A stretch of DNA of 55,076 nt, filler included, from Basidioascus undulatus (lineage: Eukaryota): the NCBI GenBank assembly GCA_000826855.1. It is 4 parts of 4 records of this genome, joined end to end, with 100 filler letters (N's around TTAATTAATTAA, not from the genome) between each part and the next. Parts side by side here need not be neighbours in the genome. Positions count along the whole stretch, not along the records: positions 27,618 to 41,272 come from JTLS01000792.1; positions 41,373 to 55,076 come from JTLS01000793.1; 2 more parts are not named here. One strand, 5' to 3'. Shown here in pieces: positions 39,614 through 51,843 of this stretch. How positions within the stretch are numbered: the stretch's first letter is position 1; every line of letters starts with the position of its first letter. The notes beneath the pieces are model-generated. The model saw only the letters and a list, made by a program, of their open reading frames with translations, searched no databases and had not been told where the DNA came from. Made by a program: the position numbers and the translations under genes.

Positions 39614-41272
39614 ATCAGGAGGCGGTTCGGCAAGCACGGGCGAGGGAAGTGAAGTGGCTGAGTGCCGAAGCCTAGGTGACGCGGAGGAGAATTGACGATG
39701 CAGATGCAGAATTGAGGGGTACTGGTGATTGATGGAATGTGCCTTGCTGAGGAGGGCACAGCTACGAGCAAGAACACGAGTGAGAGTTGAAAGTAGACAG
39801 AAGAAAGCCAATGAGGGCGCTAGCCGGAGAGGGAGAGTCATACGGAAAAAGGAAAAGAACAAGAATATCGAGCACAAAGGGGTCTGGGATGACTGACGAG
39901 TTCAGTGGTCGTGAGCTGGTCAACGAACTGTGCGGAACTGCAAGGAACCGCATGAAATCCCAGGGGACCGCATGGGTGGCTCTTCATGCAGCGTGGGTCT
40001 GAGCCCTTTACATCCCAACGCCCAGATTTGACAAGTTATATTACATGTACAAGGCAAGATAGTAAGACAGGACATGATGTCCGGGATCCCGTAAGTGACA
40101 TTGAACGCGAGGACATGCGTCCCCTCCTGGGTGAGCGGGAGCTTGTTGACTCCGCTGCGCCTCGTACGAGCACGCTGGGTGCATGCGCTGGGCGCTAACG
40201 GACCACCCGGCCAGGCCGGAGCTGGTTATGAGGTTGGTGGACCCGTCGGGATAAAAGATGGAGAGGACGATGTCGCGGAGCGTTCCTGAGGCGGTGGGGA
40301 GGAGGAGGGGTGTCAGTGGGTTTCGTGAGCTGCGGAGGCTGAGAGCCAGACACACCGAGCGTGAAAGCGGGGTCGTCGGGGTCCTGGTACCCCACGACTT
40401 GGTCACCTGATGCAGGTTCGCGCGGAGGAACAAGGCGGGGATGGGACACACTGACGTGCAGCGTGACGTTATGTGGTGGGAAGACGACTTCGAGGCCATC
40501 GGGGAGTTCGGCTGCCTTGGCGTACAGAGTGACGAGGAAGGTGAGGATTGTGGGGAAAAGGCGTGCATGCTTGATGGCTCAAAAGAAGGTATGAGGAAGG
40601 CGCATGATCGAGGGTGGTCTTGCTGGATAAGAAAACCAGTGTATGTGGTGAAGCAAAAGGAGACCCGGAGGCGGAGAGTCTAGCTCATTATATTGGTGAG
40701 AGGTGGGAACCATGAACATGTTCGCTACGTGGACGGAAATGCGACTGTGACTTGCAGGTGAGGTGCACCTACATTATTGCCCAAGGACACAACTACTGAA
40801 GAGTGGCCAGTACGTCCGCATCTCAGGGGAACGCATTTAGTTATGGCAAAGTAAGCGTCGAGTCTTGAGATCCATTGCTTCGGAAGGCTGACGCTGCCAA
40901 GAGACATGAGCGTGGACGCGAGGATGAGAAGAAGGCAGCTGCCGCGTGTGCGACGTACGATACAGCTTGAGATCGTAAAACTGGTCATCTGCTCAACCAT
41001 TTGTGCATTTCTTGCAGTAAGTATTAATGCTCTTCTTGTTTCCACCCTCTCGCATGAAGCAAAGAAAGTAGCAACGCAGCACATTCAGCAGCGTCGCCGA
41101 CTGTCCCGACATACATTTCGTCATTTTGGCGATACGGCGATTGCCCTCGACGTCTTCCTTGCCCTTGTGCTCTTGCCTTGCTCATCCATCTCCTAATCCT
41201 CCTCACATCTGTAACGCCATCCCAATCCCCAGCACCTTCCCACTCCTCCCGCGCACCATGGACCCTTTTTCA

Positions 41273-41372
41273 NNNNNNNNNNNNNNNNNNNNNNNNNNNN
41301 NNNNNNNNNNNNNNNNTTAATTAATTAANNNNNNNNNNNNNNNNNNNNNNNNNNNNNNNNNNNNNNNNNNNN
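41273..41372. other. Assembly gap with artificial linker
   Basis: N run with central TTAATTAATTAA. Confidence 0.97.
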
Positions 41373-41375
41373 CAG

Positions 41376-44300
41376 GAACGAGTTCTCGACTGTTGCCGCG
41401 TCGGATGAGGAGTCTGGCGGTGGTGATGTGAAGGTGCGTAGCAGTTGCGTGGGTCGAGGACTGTGAAGCGGCGCGCTGATGCAACCTGGTTGCAGTACCA
41501 CCTTGGCGCGAACTACGTCCGCCCGACCCCGTCCGGGAAGAAGGTCTCGCTCTCTCTCGTTGCGAACCCGTCCCACCTGGAGGCCGAGGACCCGGTCGTG
41601 CTCGGCAAGACGCGTGCGCTGCAGGTGAGCAAAGTGCAGACGGCTTGAACCCGACGTTGTTCACCATATTTGGCACGCAGTTCTTCGACAAGGACGAGGA
41701 GCGCAAGTCCGCGATGGGCCTGCTCCTCCACGGTGACGCTGCGTTCGCTGGACAGGGCGTCGTCTACGAGACTCTTGGCTTCCAGAAGTAGGTTGCTCAG
41801 TCTTTTCAAGTGGCGCAGTCGACGTGCTGACAGGGGTTTCCCTTTTCCAGCCTTCCCGGCTACGGTACCGGCGGTACTATTCACATCTGCGTGAACAACC
41901 AGATCGGCTTCACGACCGACCCCCGCTTCTCTCGCTCTAGTGCGTTATACCCTTGATGCAGCGATGTTAACTTTTCGCTCATCGTTTTCCCGTTCCTGTG
42001 CAGCCCCTTACCCTACCGACATCGCCAAGTTCATCGACGCGCCTGTCTTCCATGTCAACGCTGACAACGTCGAGTGCGTTATCTGTGCACCTGACTTGGA
42101 AGACCAACGCGGAGCTGACGCCGAGCAACCCTCAGGGCTGTCACCTTCGTCTGCCAGCTTGCCGCCGACTGGCGCGCGCGGTGGAAGAAGGACGTCGTCA
42201 TTGACCTCAGTCCGTCGACCTCGTCCATCTGCATTTGCTAGCGATGTCAATGCTGACTTGGCATGTCATTTCAACAGTCTGCTACCGTCGCCACGGCCAC
42301 AACGAGACGGACCAGCCGTCGTTCACCCAGCCTCGCATGTACAAGGCGATCGCGAAGCAGCCTACCGTGCTTAACCAGGCGAGTGTAATGTTCTGGTTCA
42401 TGCGTATGACCTGCTCACGAGAATCGAATGTCGTCTTGCAGTACACCGACTTCCTGCAGAACGAGGGCACGTTCACCAAGCAGGACACTGACGAGCACCA
42501 GAAGTGAGTTTTCTCAGCATGGCGTGATTCTGTGGATTCCGTTGCTCACATAGGTTGTTTCGCGCAGGTGGGTCTGGGGCCTGCTCGAGAAGGCGTTCCA
42601 GGACTCGAAGGAGTACAAGGCGCGTTGTGCGATCATGGACCCAGAATCTTCAGCGTATTGACATGACGTGACACGTACAGCCGAGCGCAAAGGAGTGGCT
42701 GTCTTCGGCTTGGGACGGCTTCCCCACTCCCTCCGAGCTTGCCCTGCTCGTCCTTCCCGTTCGCCCGACCGGCACCCGCGAGGAGACCCTTAAGCACATT
42801 GCTGAGGTCATCTCCTCCACGCCCGAGGTGCGTTTAATTTCCCCCTTCATCGGTACACGTCAAGCTCATGCGAACCGTTCGCCTGCAGAGCTTCACTCCT
42901 CACCGCAACCTCGCCCGTATTCTGAAGAACCGTGGCAAGGCTGTTGAGGAGGGCAAGGTGCGCTGAACGCCGATCTCCGGTTGTGCCCTTAGATTGACAG
43001 TTTTATTACAGGGCATCGACTGGAGCACTGCCGAGGCGCTCGCATTCGGCTCGCTCGCGCTCGAGGGCAACCACGTCCGCGTCTCCGGCCAGGACGTCGA
43101 GCGTGGCACCTTCTCGCAGCGTCACGCTGTCATCCACGATCAGAAAACGGGCGAGACCTACACCCCGCTCAATAACCTCGGCGGCGGCCAGGCGCCCGTG
43201 TCCATCTACAATTCGTCCTTGTCCGAGTTCGGCGTGCTCGGATTCGAGCTCGGCTACTCGCTCGTCTCGCCGGATTCCTTGACGATGTGGTACGTGGTAG
43301 ACCAGTTGCTGGCTGCCGAAGGGGTTGGGTGCTGAAAAGACGGATGGTGGTGGTGGTGAACAGGGAGGCGCAATTCGGTGACTTCGCCAACGGCGCCCAG
43401 GTCATGATTGACCAGTTCATTGCTTCTGGCGAGCGCAAGTGGCTGGTACGTGCTGTCTTCAGAGGAATCGGGCGCGATGCGTTTCCTAACTTAAGTTCGC
43501 GCAGCAACGGTCTGGCCTTGTCCTGTCCCTGCCGCACGGCTACGACGGCCAAGGTCCCGAGCACTCGTCGGGCCGTATCGAGCGCTTCCTGCAGCTTGTG
43601 TAGGTCTCGCTTTTTTCGATCGTCAGGTATGCGAATCTGATATTGTGGACTGGCAGCGACGACAACCCCCTCGTCTACCCGTCTGAGGAGCAGCTCATCC
43701 GCCAACACCAAGACTGCAACATGCAGGTCGTCTACCCTACCACCCCTGCCAACTACGTGCGTCTCTACCTCCTTTTCTTTGCGTTATGGCATCTATGAGC
43801 ACAGAGCGGACACTGACATGATCAAACACTGGTGCAGTTCCACGTCCTCCGTCGCCAAGTGCACCGCGGGTTCCGCAAGCCGCTCATTTGCTTCTTCTCC
43901 AAGTCCCTCCTCCGTCACCCCGAGGCGCGATCCGAACTGTCCGAGTTCGTCGGCAACACCAACTTCCAGCGGTACCTCCCCGAGACGCACCCGGAGTGCA
44001 TGGTGCCGGCCGAGCAGGTCCGCAGGCACATCCTCTGCTCGGGCCAGGTCTACCAAACGCTCGTGAAGGAGCGCGACGAGCGCGGGATCAAGGACATCGC
44101 CATCAGCCGCGTCGAGCAGCTCGTGCGTTTCTTGTTTCCGTTCTCAGGATAAGGCTCGGTTCGACAGACGCTGACTGTGTGCATGGACTGGGACGGTACC
44201 ATAGGCTCCCTTCCCGTACGACCTCATCAAGCCCCACCTCGACAAGTACCCCAACGCCGAACTCGTCTGGTCTCAGGAGGAGCCTGCGTAAGTATCGACA

Positions 44301-44624
44301 GTCGGCGCTTGCTTGGCTGCACCGTCGGCGGTCGCTGATCGGAGCGGAACATCAACCAGGAACAACGGCGCCTGGTCGTACGTCGCCCAACGGCTCATCG
44401 CGCTTGCGGACCAGACCGAGCACCACAAGGGCAAGACGTGCGTTCTTCTCTTTTATCCCATTTCTTTCGGACCGCTTCAGGTGCTGACGGGTTCTCTGTC
44501 CTGTTACAGGCCCGTGTACGCCGGCCGTATCCCGTCCTCGTCTGTTGCAACCGGCTCCAAGGCCGCGCACGCAGCCGAGGTCAAGCAGCTGCTGGATGAC
44601 GCGCTCACGGTCAAGTATGCTTGA
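41376..44624 (+). CDS. KGD1: 2-oxoglutarate dehydrogenase E1 component, 5'-truncated by gap
   Basis: [45 protein letters not shown] (ThDP motif), [112 protein letters not shown]. Confidence 0.97.
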
Positions 44625-45002
44625 GGGATGGACGTGGGGTGGGTGAGAGAGAGAGGGCATGGACGATATTGAGGCTGGCTGACTCTGTATTTCTTGATTT
44701 TCAATAATCTTCTGCATCGCATATCTCAGTCTTGCCCCGGCCGTTGTTTGGCTGTTTGGCAGGCCAGCCGGTGAGATACACTGACAGAAACGACGAAACG
44801 ACGAAACACCTCGTGGTCAAACAGCAATCCCGTCGCGGCCCGTTTGGCCTTCCCGCATCGTCAAGTCGAGTCAGACTCTTGAGCCTTCTCTCGTCCTTCT
44901 CTTAACCACTCTGTCACACTCGATTGCACAACTGCACGACAACGGCCTATCGTCTCGCAGACAATCACCGCGTCGCTGTGCACACCATTGGGTCCCTGAA
45001 CA

Positions 45003-45326
45003 ATGTCGACTGTTACTCCCCACGCGCGCGCTCTTCGCGACCTGAATGACACCCTCGACGAGTACGAGCGCGCAAAGAGCGAGTTCATGGCCGCTTCAAA
45101 CGACCTCGCAGAGCTCGAGCAGGCCATTGAAGGGGCACGGGCGCGCGCAAAGGCTGCGAAGGAGAAGGAGGTGGCGCTGAAGAAGGACGTGGAGGATAAG
45201 ACGCGGGCGGTGCTTGCGGCCAGGGAGGATGAGGAGGCGGGTAAGCGGAAGTCCAAAGGGGGTGAGACGTGGGGCTCGAAAGGTGGGGTGAATGGAGTAG
45301 CGAACGGGATGGAGGCGCAGGGCTGA
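45003..45326 (+). CDS. Small intronless coiled-coil hypothetical protein (107 aa)
   Basis: ATG in good context (ACAATGT), GC3-rich codons and a charged heptad-like sequence (LNDTLDEYERAKSEFMAASNDLAELEQAIE..). Confidence 0.6.
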   Translation: MSTVTPHARALRDLNDTLDEYERAKSEFMAASNDLAELEQAIEGARARAKAAKEKEVALKKDVEDKTRAVLAAREDEEAGKRKSKGGETWGSKGGVNGVANGMEAQG

Positions 45327-46033
45327 AAGGCGAGGGCCTGGTAGGGGGGGGTGGGGAGGCTGCCGTACACAACGTCTGAGGGGCTCGGGGGCTTGGTGCA
45401 TTGCTCGGCTTGTCGCTTCATATACTGCATCTGCTTGATACTCTGGTCGATGTCTATTTCTGAACTAGTTACGATCGAAATTGGTACCGATGCGCCCTCA
45501 ACTGTGATTCTACGAGAGACACAAGCGAGCAGTCACCTTTATTCACAGCCATGACCTTGCGGACCTCAAATTATCGTTTTTGTGCTCTACGAGCGAGCTC
45601 TCCAATGTTGAGGGAACATTTCTCAATTGCTGTGAATGGTCAGTGTACGAATCAGAGCGGCTCGCACAAGGGTTTGCACGAAACGCCTGCACTGCGGTTG
45701 GAGTTGACCGACCTGGCCAAGCTCACTGTCCAAGCGGCTTGCTCTTATTATTGATGGTGGTCCCAACTCTTTATCACCTATGTATTGAAATTCTTCTTGT
45801 GTTCTTGACGTGGGACGAAGTCCTGCTGCGGCCTCATGTCAAGGAGATCGACACAGTGGAGCACGCCAGCTGCCCGCGTCATATTCACCCCTTGCGCAGA
45901 CCCTTATGTCGTCAACAGGCACATCGCCATCGCCTCTCCACCGCTTGGAGTTCCTTGACATGTCTAGCAGGTCTTATAACACCTTTGCACCTCCCCACGT
46001 CCGAGCATTTCACTGACGTGCCATCGTCTCGAA

Positions 46034-48025
46034 ATGCGCTCGAGCTCGCTCCTTGCACTCACTCTCTTACCGGGCATTCTCGCGGCGGCTGTTCCTCCGC
46101 CGACACCAGTCAGGCAGGAGAAGCGAGCTCTCATAGATGCGCTCGCGTCCGCAACAGACATCCCCGACTCTGTCAGCTCGTACATTGCTTCGCTGCCCAC
46201 CGAGGCTTCGGGTGTTCTCCCTGTCTTCGATACCCTTCCAAGCCCCGAAGACGTTCAACAGGAGCTGGGGATCGACGACGAGCAGTTGGAAAATGTTCCT
46301 GTTCAAATTCTGAACATACCGTGGGTTTATTGCTTCTGAAAGGCCCTCCTCATTTGGTTGCTAAAGAGCTCTACACCAGCTCCTACGCCAACTGGACAGA
46401 CGGCGGCTGGTCGCTGCGCCTGCACGGCCAAGCGTACAAGCAACCGCCAGTAGACAACGAGACAATCGACCACGCCGCGTCCGTATTCCTCCCCGACCTC
46501 GACCAGTCCAACCTCACCCAGTCGCAACTCGCCCAGAGCCGCAACATCACGGCCTCGCTCCTCGCCATCCCGCAGTCCGGCCTGCGCATCAACTTCACCC
46601 TCGGCCGCCCCGAAAGCGGCGACGTCGTGCGAGATGTCGACTTCCCCTATGACACCGACGCCCGCGGCGAGTTCGACACCATGGTGCCGCTGGGCCGAGT
46701 GGAGAGCGTCCCAGATGGAAACTCGACAGACCAGGTTACCCAGCTCGACGTGTACTCGGACGATGCGACCAGTGCGTCTAACCCATCCACTCCGAGAGGA
46801 CCGACGCTAATGTCCTCCTGCCGCTGTAGCTGGAAATGCGACGGCGTATTTCGTTCCGCCCACTGGGATCACGATCGTCTCGTACGAGCTTTTCCAGCGT
46901 TGCCATCCTCCGGTTGTGCTGCCATCGCTAAACGAGCATGTCTCCCATCCCCAGCGACATCGACGACATCCTCCGCGTGACCCAAATCTACTCGCCCGAA
47001 GACGGTCTCCGCAACTCCTTCGCTTACGCCTACCAGCCCTGGAGCAACATGCCCGAGGTCTTCTCGGAATGGAACGCCAGAACACCGAACCTACACTTCC
47101 ACTATCTGACGACCACGCCCGAGCAGTTCGTCCTCGCTTACCTCTTTTCTGTAATTGCGTGGCTTCTAACTTGAGTTCAATCAGAGTGACCCGGGCATAC
47201 GTGTCGTTCACCTATGCCAACTATCCGCCAGGTTGCCGATTTCACGTGCTGCACTGTCCGGGTCGGCGCGCTGAAGCCGTAGGACTGTTTCAGGCTCGTT
47301 CGAAACCAGGCCGCTCAACTTCACCACCGTCGACCAAACCTTCTCCATCAGAAAAGTGACGCTGACCAAGATTTTCGAGCGAGTAGCCTTTCCGGAGAGA
47401 AGACAGCTGCCGGACGCTGACGAAAGCGCCTCGCAGGTCGTTCCCGCAGCGCAAGTTTGTGCTCATCGCTGACACCAGTAACCCGGACATCGCGAGCAGA
47501 ATTCCATTTATACCATCTGAGCGTGACTGAGTCTGAGGTTGATCTGCCCACAGATGACGGACTACTGCCTGATGGCGTCGACATTCCCCGACCGCGTTCA
47601 AGTTAGTCTTCCCGTCTCTTTCTCTGCAAACGCCCCGATCTGATAAAGCGATTCACAACCCAGTGCATTCTCCTTCGTAACACATCTGCGACGGATCCAC
47701 TCAACAAATTCCCGTACGACACGAGCGGCTTCGAGCCGCTCGACAACTCGACGTGGATGTTCTTCCGCGAGCCGGTGGGTTCCCCCTCTCGCACGACTCC
47801 ACTGCCTCTCTGAGCACCGCGAGGGTACAGAACGACATCATCAACCTCGACCTCGCTTCGGGACAGTGCCGGAACGAGTCCATCCCGCAGAACGTGACGT
47901 TCGGCTACCAGGACTTGCCGGACTCGCTGAGCGACATCACGGACAACGCTGCGACTGTGGGGAAGGTGTCGGTGTATTGGATGATGACGCTCTTGAGTGT
48001 GGCTATAGGGACCTTGCTCGTATAA
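46034..48025 (+). CDS. Secreted or membrane-anchored App1-domain (phosphatidate phosphatase-like) protein
   Basis: Signal peptide MRSSSLLALTLLPGILAA, then YANWTDGGWSLRLHG, ITIVS|DIDDILRVTQIY, HFHYLTTTPEQ, FPQRKFVLIADTSNPD, CILLRN, and a hydrophobic C-terminal tail (VSVYWMMTLLSVAIGTLLV*). Confidence 0.8.
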
Positions 48026-48899
48026 TGGAATGAATGAACGCTACGAAGAGTCTAATCCGTGCCAGACCGGACTGCCAGTGCTGATGCGTTCGCTGCAAAT
48101 CGGGTTCACCGTGCTGCCGTTGCTGAACGACAGCTGAGAAGCTGGCGCTATCCCTGATTGTGAGCATCCTATTTCAGGCTTTGTCTCGTTGTTCATTAGA
48201 TACTAAATGATGCCGTGCGAGAACAGCTTTATTACAGTCCCTTGGTAGCAGCATGTCGACTACATTCCAGCACTGAGCCCGGCCTAGCATGCTGGTGCCC
48301 TTCTATTCGACGAGACGATTGGGCTCAAATGCGGGCGATGTGTTTCAAGCGACGCTTGCATCTGCGAAGCGCTCGCATACTGTTAGAGCTCATACCTTTC
48401 CCGGGCGGGCGAGTTGCAAGAGGGCGCAGTCGTCTGATCAGGCGGTCTGCCCGAGATCTGTGGCACACTGGCGAAATCTCAACTCGGCGATGAATGAATT
48501 CGTTCGCCAACCTCTACATCGGGTTGGGCGGGAAAGAAGTAGCCGGGCGTTCGTAAGACTTTAGTTCCGCACAGAAAGCAGCGCAAACAAGCGCCTTCCA
48601 GGCCCCCTAATAGCTGTACATGAAGTGTGGGTTCTGCGTGTCTGTAAGGAGCCAGTGAGATGAGCAAAGCTTGATTTGAGAACACAGTGAAGATTGGACA
48701 AACGCACCCGCGATATCTTGCTGGCCCAGAATCTGACCTTCCCGCTCGCAATCCTCAGGAGACAAGCCCATATCGGCTTGAGCCTTGCGACGACGTGCGT
48801 TTGGAAAATATAGGAGTACCGCCAGACTTCAAGTGTGACGAAATCTTTCAGCTCTCAGCGGTCATGCTGAGCGGACGCGAGCAGGAGACCACTCACCGA

Positions 48900-49465
48900 G
48901 GATGAGGATACACTCTGCGCGGAAGCAGATGCAGCACCCGAGAGTCGCCGGGGTGTAGTGCGGGGCGTCCTTTTCCTCAAAGACCTGCGCTCCCGCCATC
49001 TATATTGGAGGCACAAGGGTTAATTAGGTGTGTGAGGCAGACAGAGAGAACGCTTACGTTTCCAGCGCAGTAGGCTATGAACACAAGCGATGTTGTGACC
49101 GTCTTCGTCGTCCGCCCAGCGATGTTGCTTGCTATAAGATAGAACGTCAGGAAGAGGGACAAGCTGAACGTGCACTACAATGCAAGGAAGTGTCAGCCCA
49201 CTTGAGCACAGGCAGTCAAGTGCAAACAAGATACTCGCATTCATGAGAAAGACTCTCCATCGTATCCAAGGGTTCTCGTACTGCGGCAAGCGTAGAAGAA
49301 ATAGCATCCTTATGAAAGATGGATGACCTGGGAGTGGGATAAGTAGACTGTAGTTTTCGGGCTAGGAGTGAGGTGTGCATGGGATGCAATGCGACGCCTC
49401 ACTCACCGAGAAAGCCATCAGCCACATCCGGAGGGTTTCCACCGGTTGCACACGAGTACAGCCTG
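48900..49465 (-). pseudogene. MFS allantoate permease (Dal5-like) fragment
   Basis: LFLTFYLIASNIAGRTTKTVTTSLVFIAYCAGN|MAGAQVF matches the SNxAGxTK..YxxGNxxGPQxF motif of this family. Only a short, degenerate piece is present. Confidence 0.7.
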
Positions 49466-51381
49466 TAAATTATGTATGGTTAGAACGAACTTCAACGAGA
49501 ACACAAGGGAGTAGAGATTTGCCTACCCCAATAAGACAGCAAACTTGTGAGCTTCAAGCGCGAGTCGTTGAGAGCGAGCGCCTATTGCGATTGGCTCTCC
49601 AAGCGAGCTCTGTCGCTTAGGTGTCGCATGAAGCAGGTGGCCGACAGTAAGACGGAAATTCAAGAGTTGTGTTCTATATTGAGTGGTCCGGTTTGCATGG
49701 GCATTTAAACACTTGCCCTGTTCTGGACCGAGTGATCACGAAAGGAGTCGCACCTGGACCGAGCATTCTCATCTCCAGCGTTCTTGATGGAGGTGAGCGT
49801 AGACTTTCCTCAAAATTATCAGGGTTCCCGTTTGACTTAGCATATTTGAACCTGTCTATAGACGAGCTGAACGGCCTGCGCGCCAACCAAAAACTGCTCG
49901 GCACGCTTGATGTTTCCCAGCTGAGGGGCACAGTGCTCGGGATGCACATCGTGAACGTGCGAGGGTATGATATCTTCTCTTGCCTGAGCACTACCTAGCT
50001 GAACTAATCTCGTATTAACTTTTCATCCCCGAGACTCGAGTTGAACAACAGCAACTACCCGACTTCTGCTAGGTCCGGTGGGCTGGTCGACCCCAACCGC
50101 ATCTGGCCCGGAAAGACACCTGCTCAAGGCGGAACGGTCCCCAAGCTTTGTCAATGAGCTTATCTCTAACCTCCGTGCTTTAACCCTTTCTAACGTTGTA
50201 CATTGGTGTCCCCAAAGTACGCTGTGGACCAACCTGCTTCGTGAAGGAAAGATACGCGATTGACCTGCATACCTCCACTACCGGTGCGACCGATGTTTCT
50301 CTTGAACCCGAACCAGACTGACCTATTTTCTGTAAGAGACGACTCCTCACTCTGCAATTATAAGGATACGGCTATGCCAGAGATCCCCCGTCTAGCGGGC
50401 CTCCTTGGGGCGGACTTCATCAAGGGTCAATGCTCTGTTCCTCTGAAGAGGCTTGCGAAGCACTGCTGATGCGTTTGTCTCCCGAAGAGGATGGAGGGGA
50501 GTAAAGGGCTCTTTCGGAGCCAGCTGGCTGCCGCGGGAGTCAAGGCAATCGCCGTACAATTGGGCGGCTCGAAGCACTGGACGACAGACTACATTCTGCG
50601 CACGCATGAGTTTCACCGTGTTCTCGCTCACGTCGGCATCCATATGCTGCCCAAATGGGTCACTACGCTTGATCAGGCCTGAAGGTTTAGTGCGTGGATT
50701 TATTTCTTCTTTCATTGCCATTATTGAGACATTATCTCATTCATGCTCTGAACTTCACAGCGCCAACACCTTCGATTCCACCACGGCCCCTCATGCCGGA
50801 TTCTGAGAGGCGGTCGTCAAGCCCTTGGACCAAGTCGCGTTGGGCGACTTGCTCGGAAACCTGCACGTATTGTGCATTCCATGATCTACGACCCCGCTCG
50901 CGAGCCTGGTGCTGAGCTTGTCTGGGTTGCTCGGGTCACGCGCAGGGCAACTCTTTGCATGCGGGTGTCGGTCTATAATGTAGCGAATATCTGAGCTACA
51001 TGTTTCTGCCTGTATGCTCATTTGCCATGCCTTTGTGGGTGCAAGAGCGAGTTTCCAACAACGTCTCATCGCGAGCATATCGTTGCTTTCAACTCTGAGC
51101 GCTTTGTTGCATAACACGAAGCAACCTGCCGTAAGGTCCTTCCTCTCTTTTATGTAGGTGTCACGAACTCTTTACTTGGCGGTTTCTGTAGAAACAAGCT
51201 TGCTCTGAAGTCGCCTATTGGTCGTGACTCGCGCCCGGTGAAGCGGATAAGATAGCCTATCCTACCACACTCACACTCCACCTTTCTTCCCATCCCACAT
51301 CTCCTCGCAGCGTATAACCCCGTCATTCCAACTATCACTTTATATTAACACTCCCAGGGCCCCTCCTGCACGTCTGAACGT

Positions 51382-51612
51382 ATGGCGCCAGTCACCTCGA
51401 ACTCGAGCTCTGAAGCGGCGCCCAAGAAGCGTATCACCCGCAGTCGAACCGATCAGTTTCCTCGGTACAAACGAATGTAGACGAATGTACTTTCTACTAA
51501 TGCGATGCTTCTCCCTTTGCTCTTAAGGATGTCTGCGCTGTCTGGAGAGGAAGGTCCAGTGCGAGGAGACGCGGCCGGTGTGTGCTGCATGCTCGCGACT
51601 GCGTCTGGATAC
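51382..51612 (+). pseudogene. Zn(II)2Cys6 transcription factor N-terminal remnant
   Basis: MAPVTSNSSSEAAPKKRITRSRT-G-CLRCLERKVQCEETRPVCAACSRLRLDT has five of six Cys. The intron donor at 51452 reads ATCAGT instead of GT, and there is no room for the rest of the gene before the convergent neighbour. Confidence 0.75.
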
Positions 51613-51843
51613 GCACGCGTCCCAAACCCTGTTCCTGCCCAACATTAGTTTCTGTAAGATACTTATATATCACTTGCAGACTGCCAGCATCCCGATGACC
51701 GACGGACAGCGACGCACAGTCGAATCCGGCAAGCCGACAGGCTTCTGTTCCTCTTTCCTAGACCGAACCTGGTCAGGTCTCCGAGACTCTCCGATCAAAG
51801 CAAGATCCAGGTTCGAACGCATCCAGGCGCAGAGAGACCAACT

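Noticed and set aside
41258..41272. ATG GAC CCT TTT TCA just before the third gap as the KGD1 start
   Set aside because: Only five codons are visible, it does not resemble a mitochondrial presequence, and it is separated from KGD1 by an artificial join.
500..51612. RIP-like hypermutation or transposon insertion as the cause of pseudogenes
   Set aside because: The identified lesions are mixed (G>T, T>C, G>A, indels, deletions), and no transposase, reverse transcriptase or terminal repeats were recognised.
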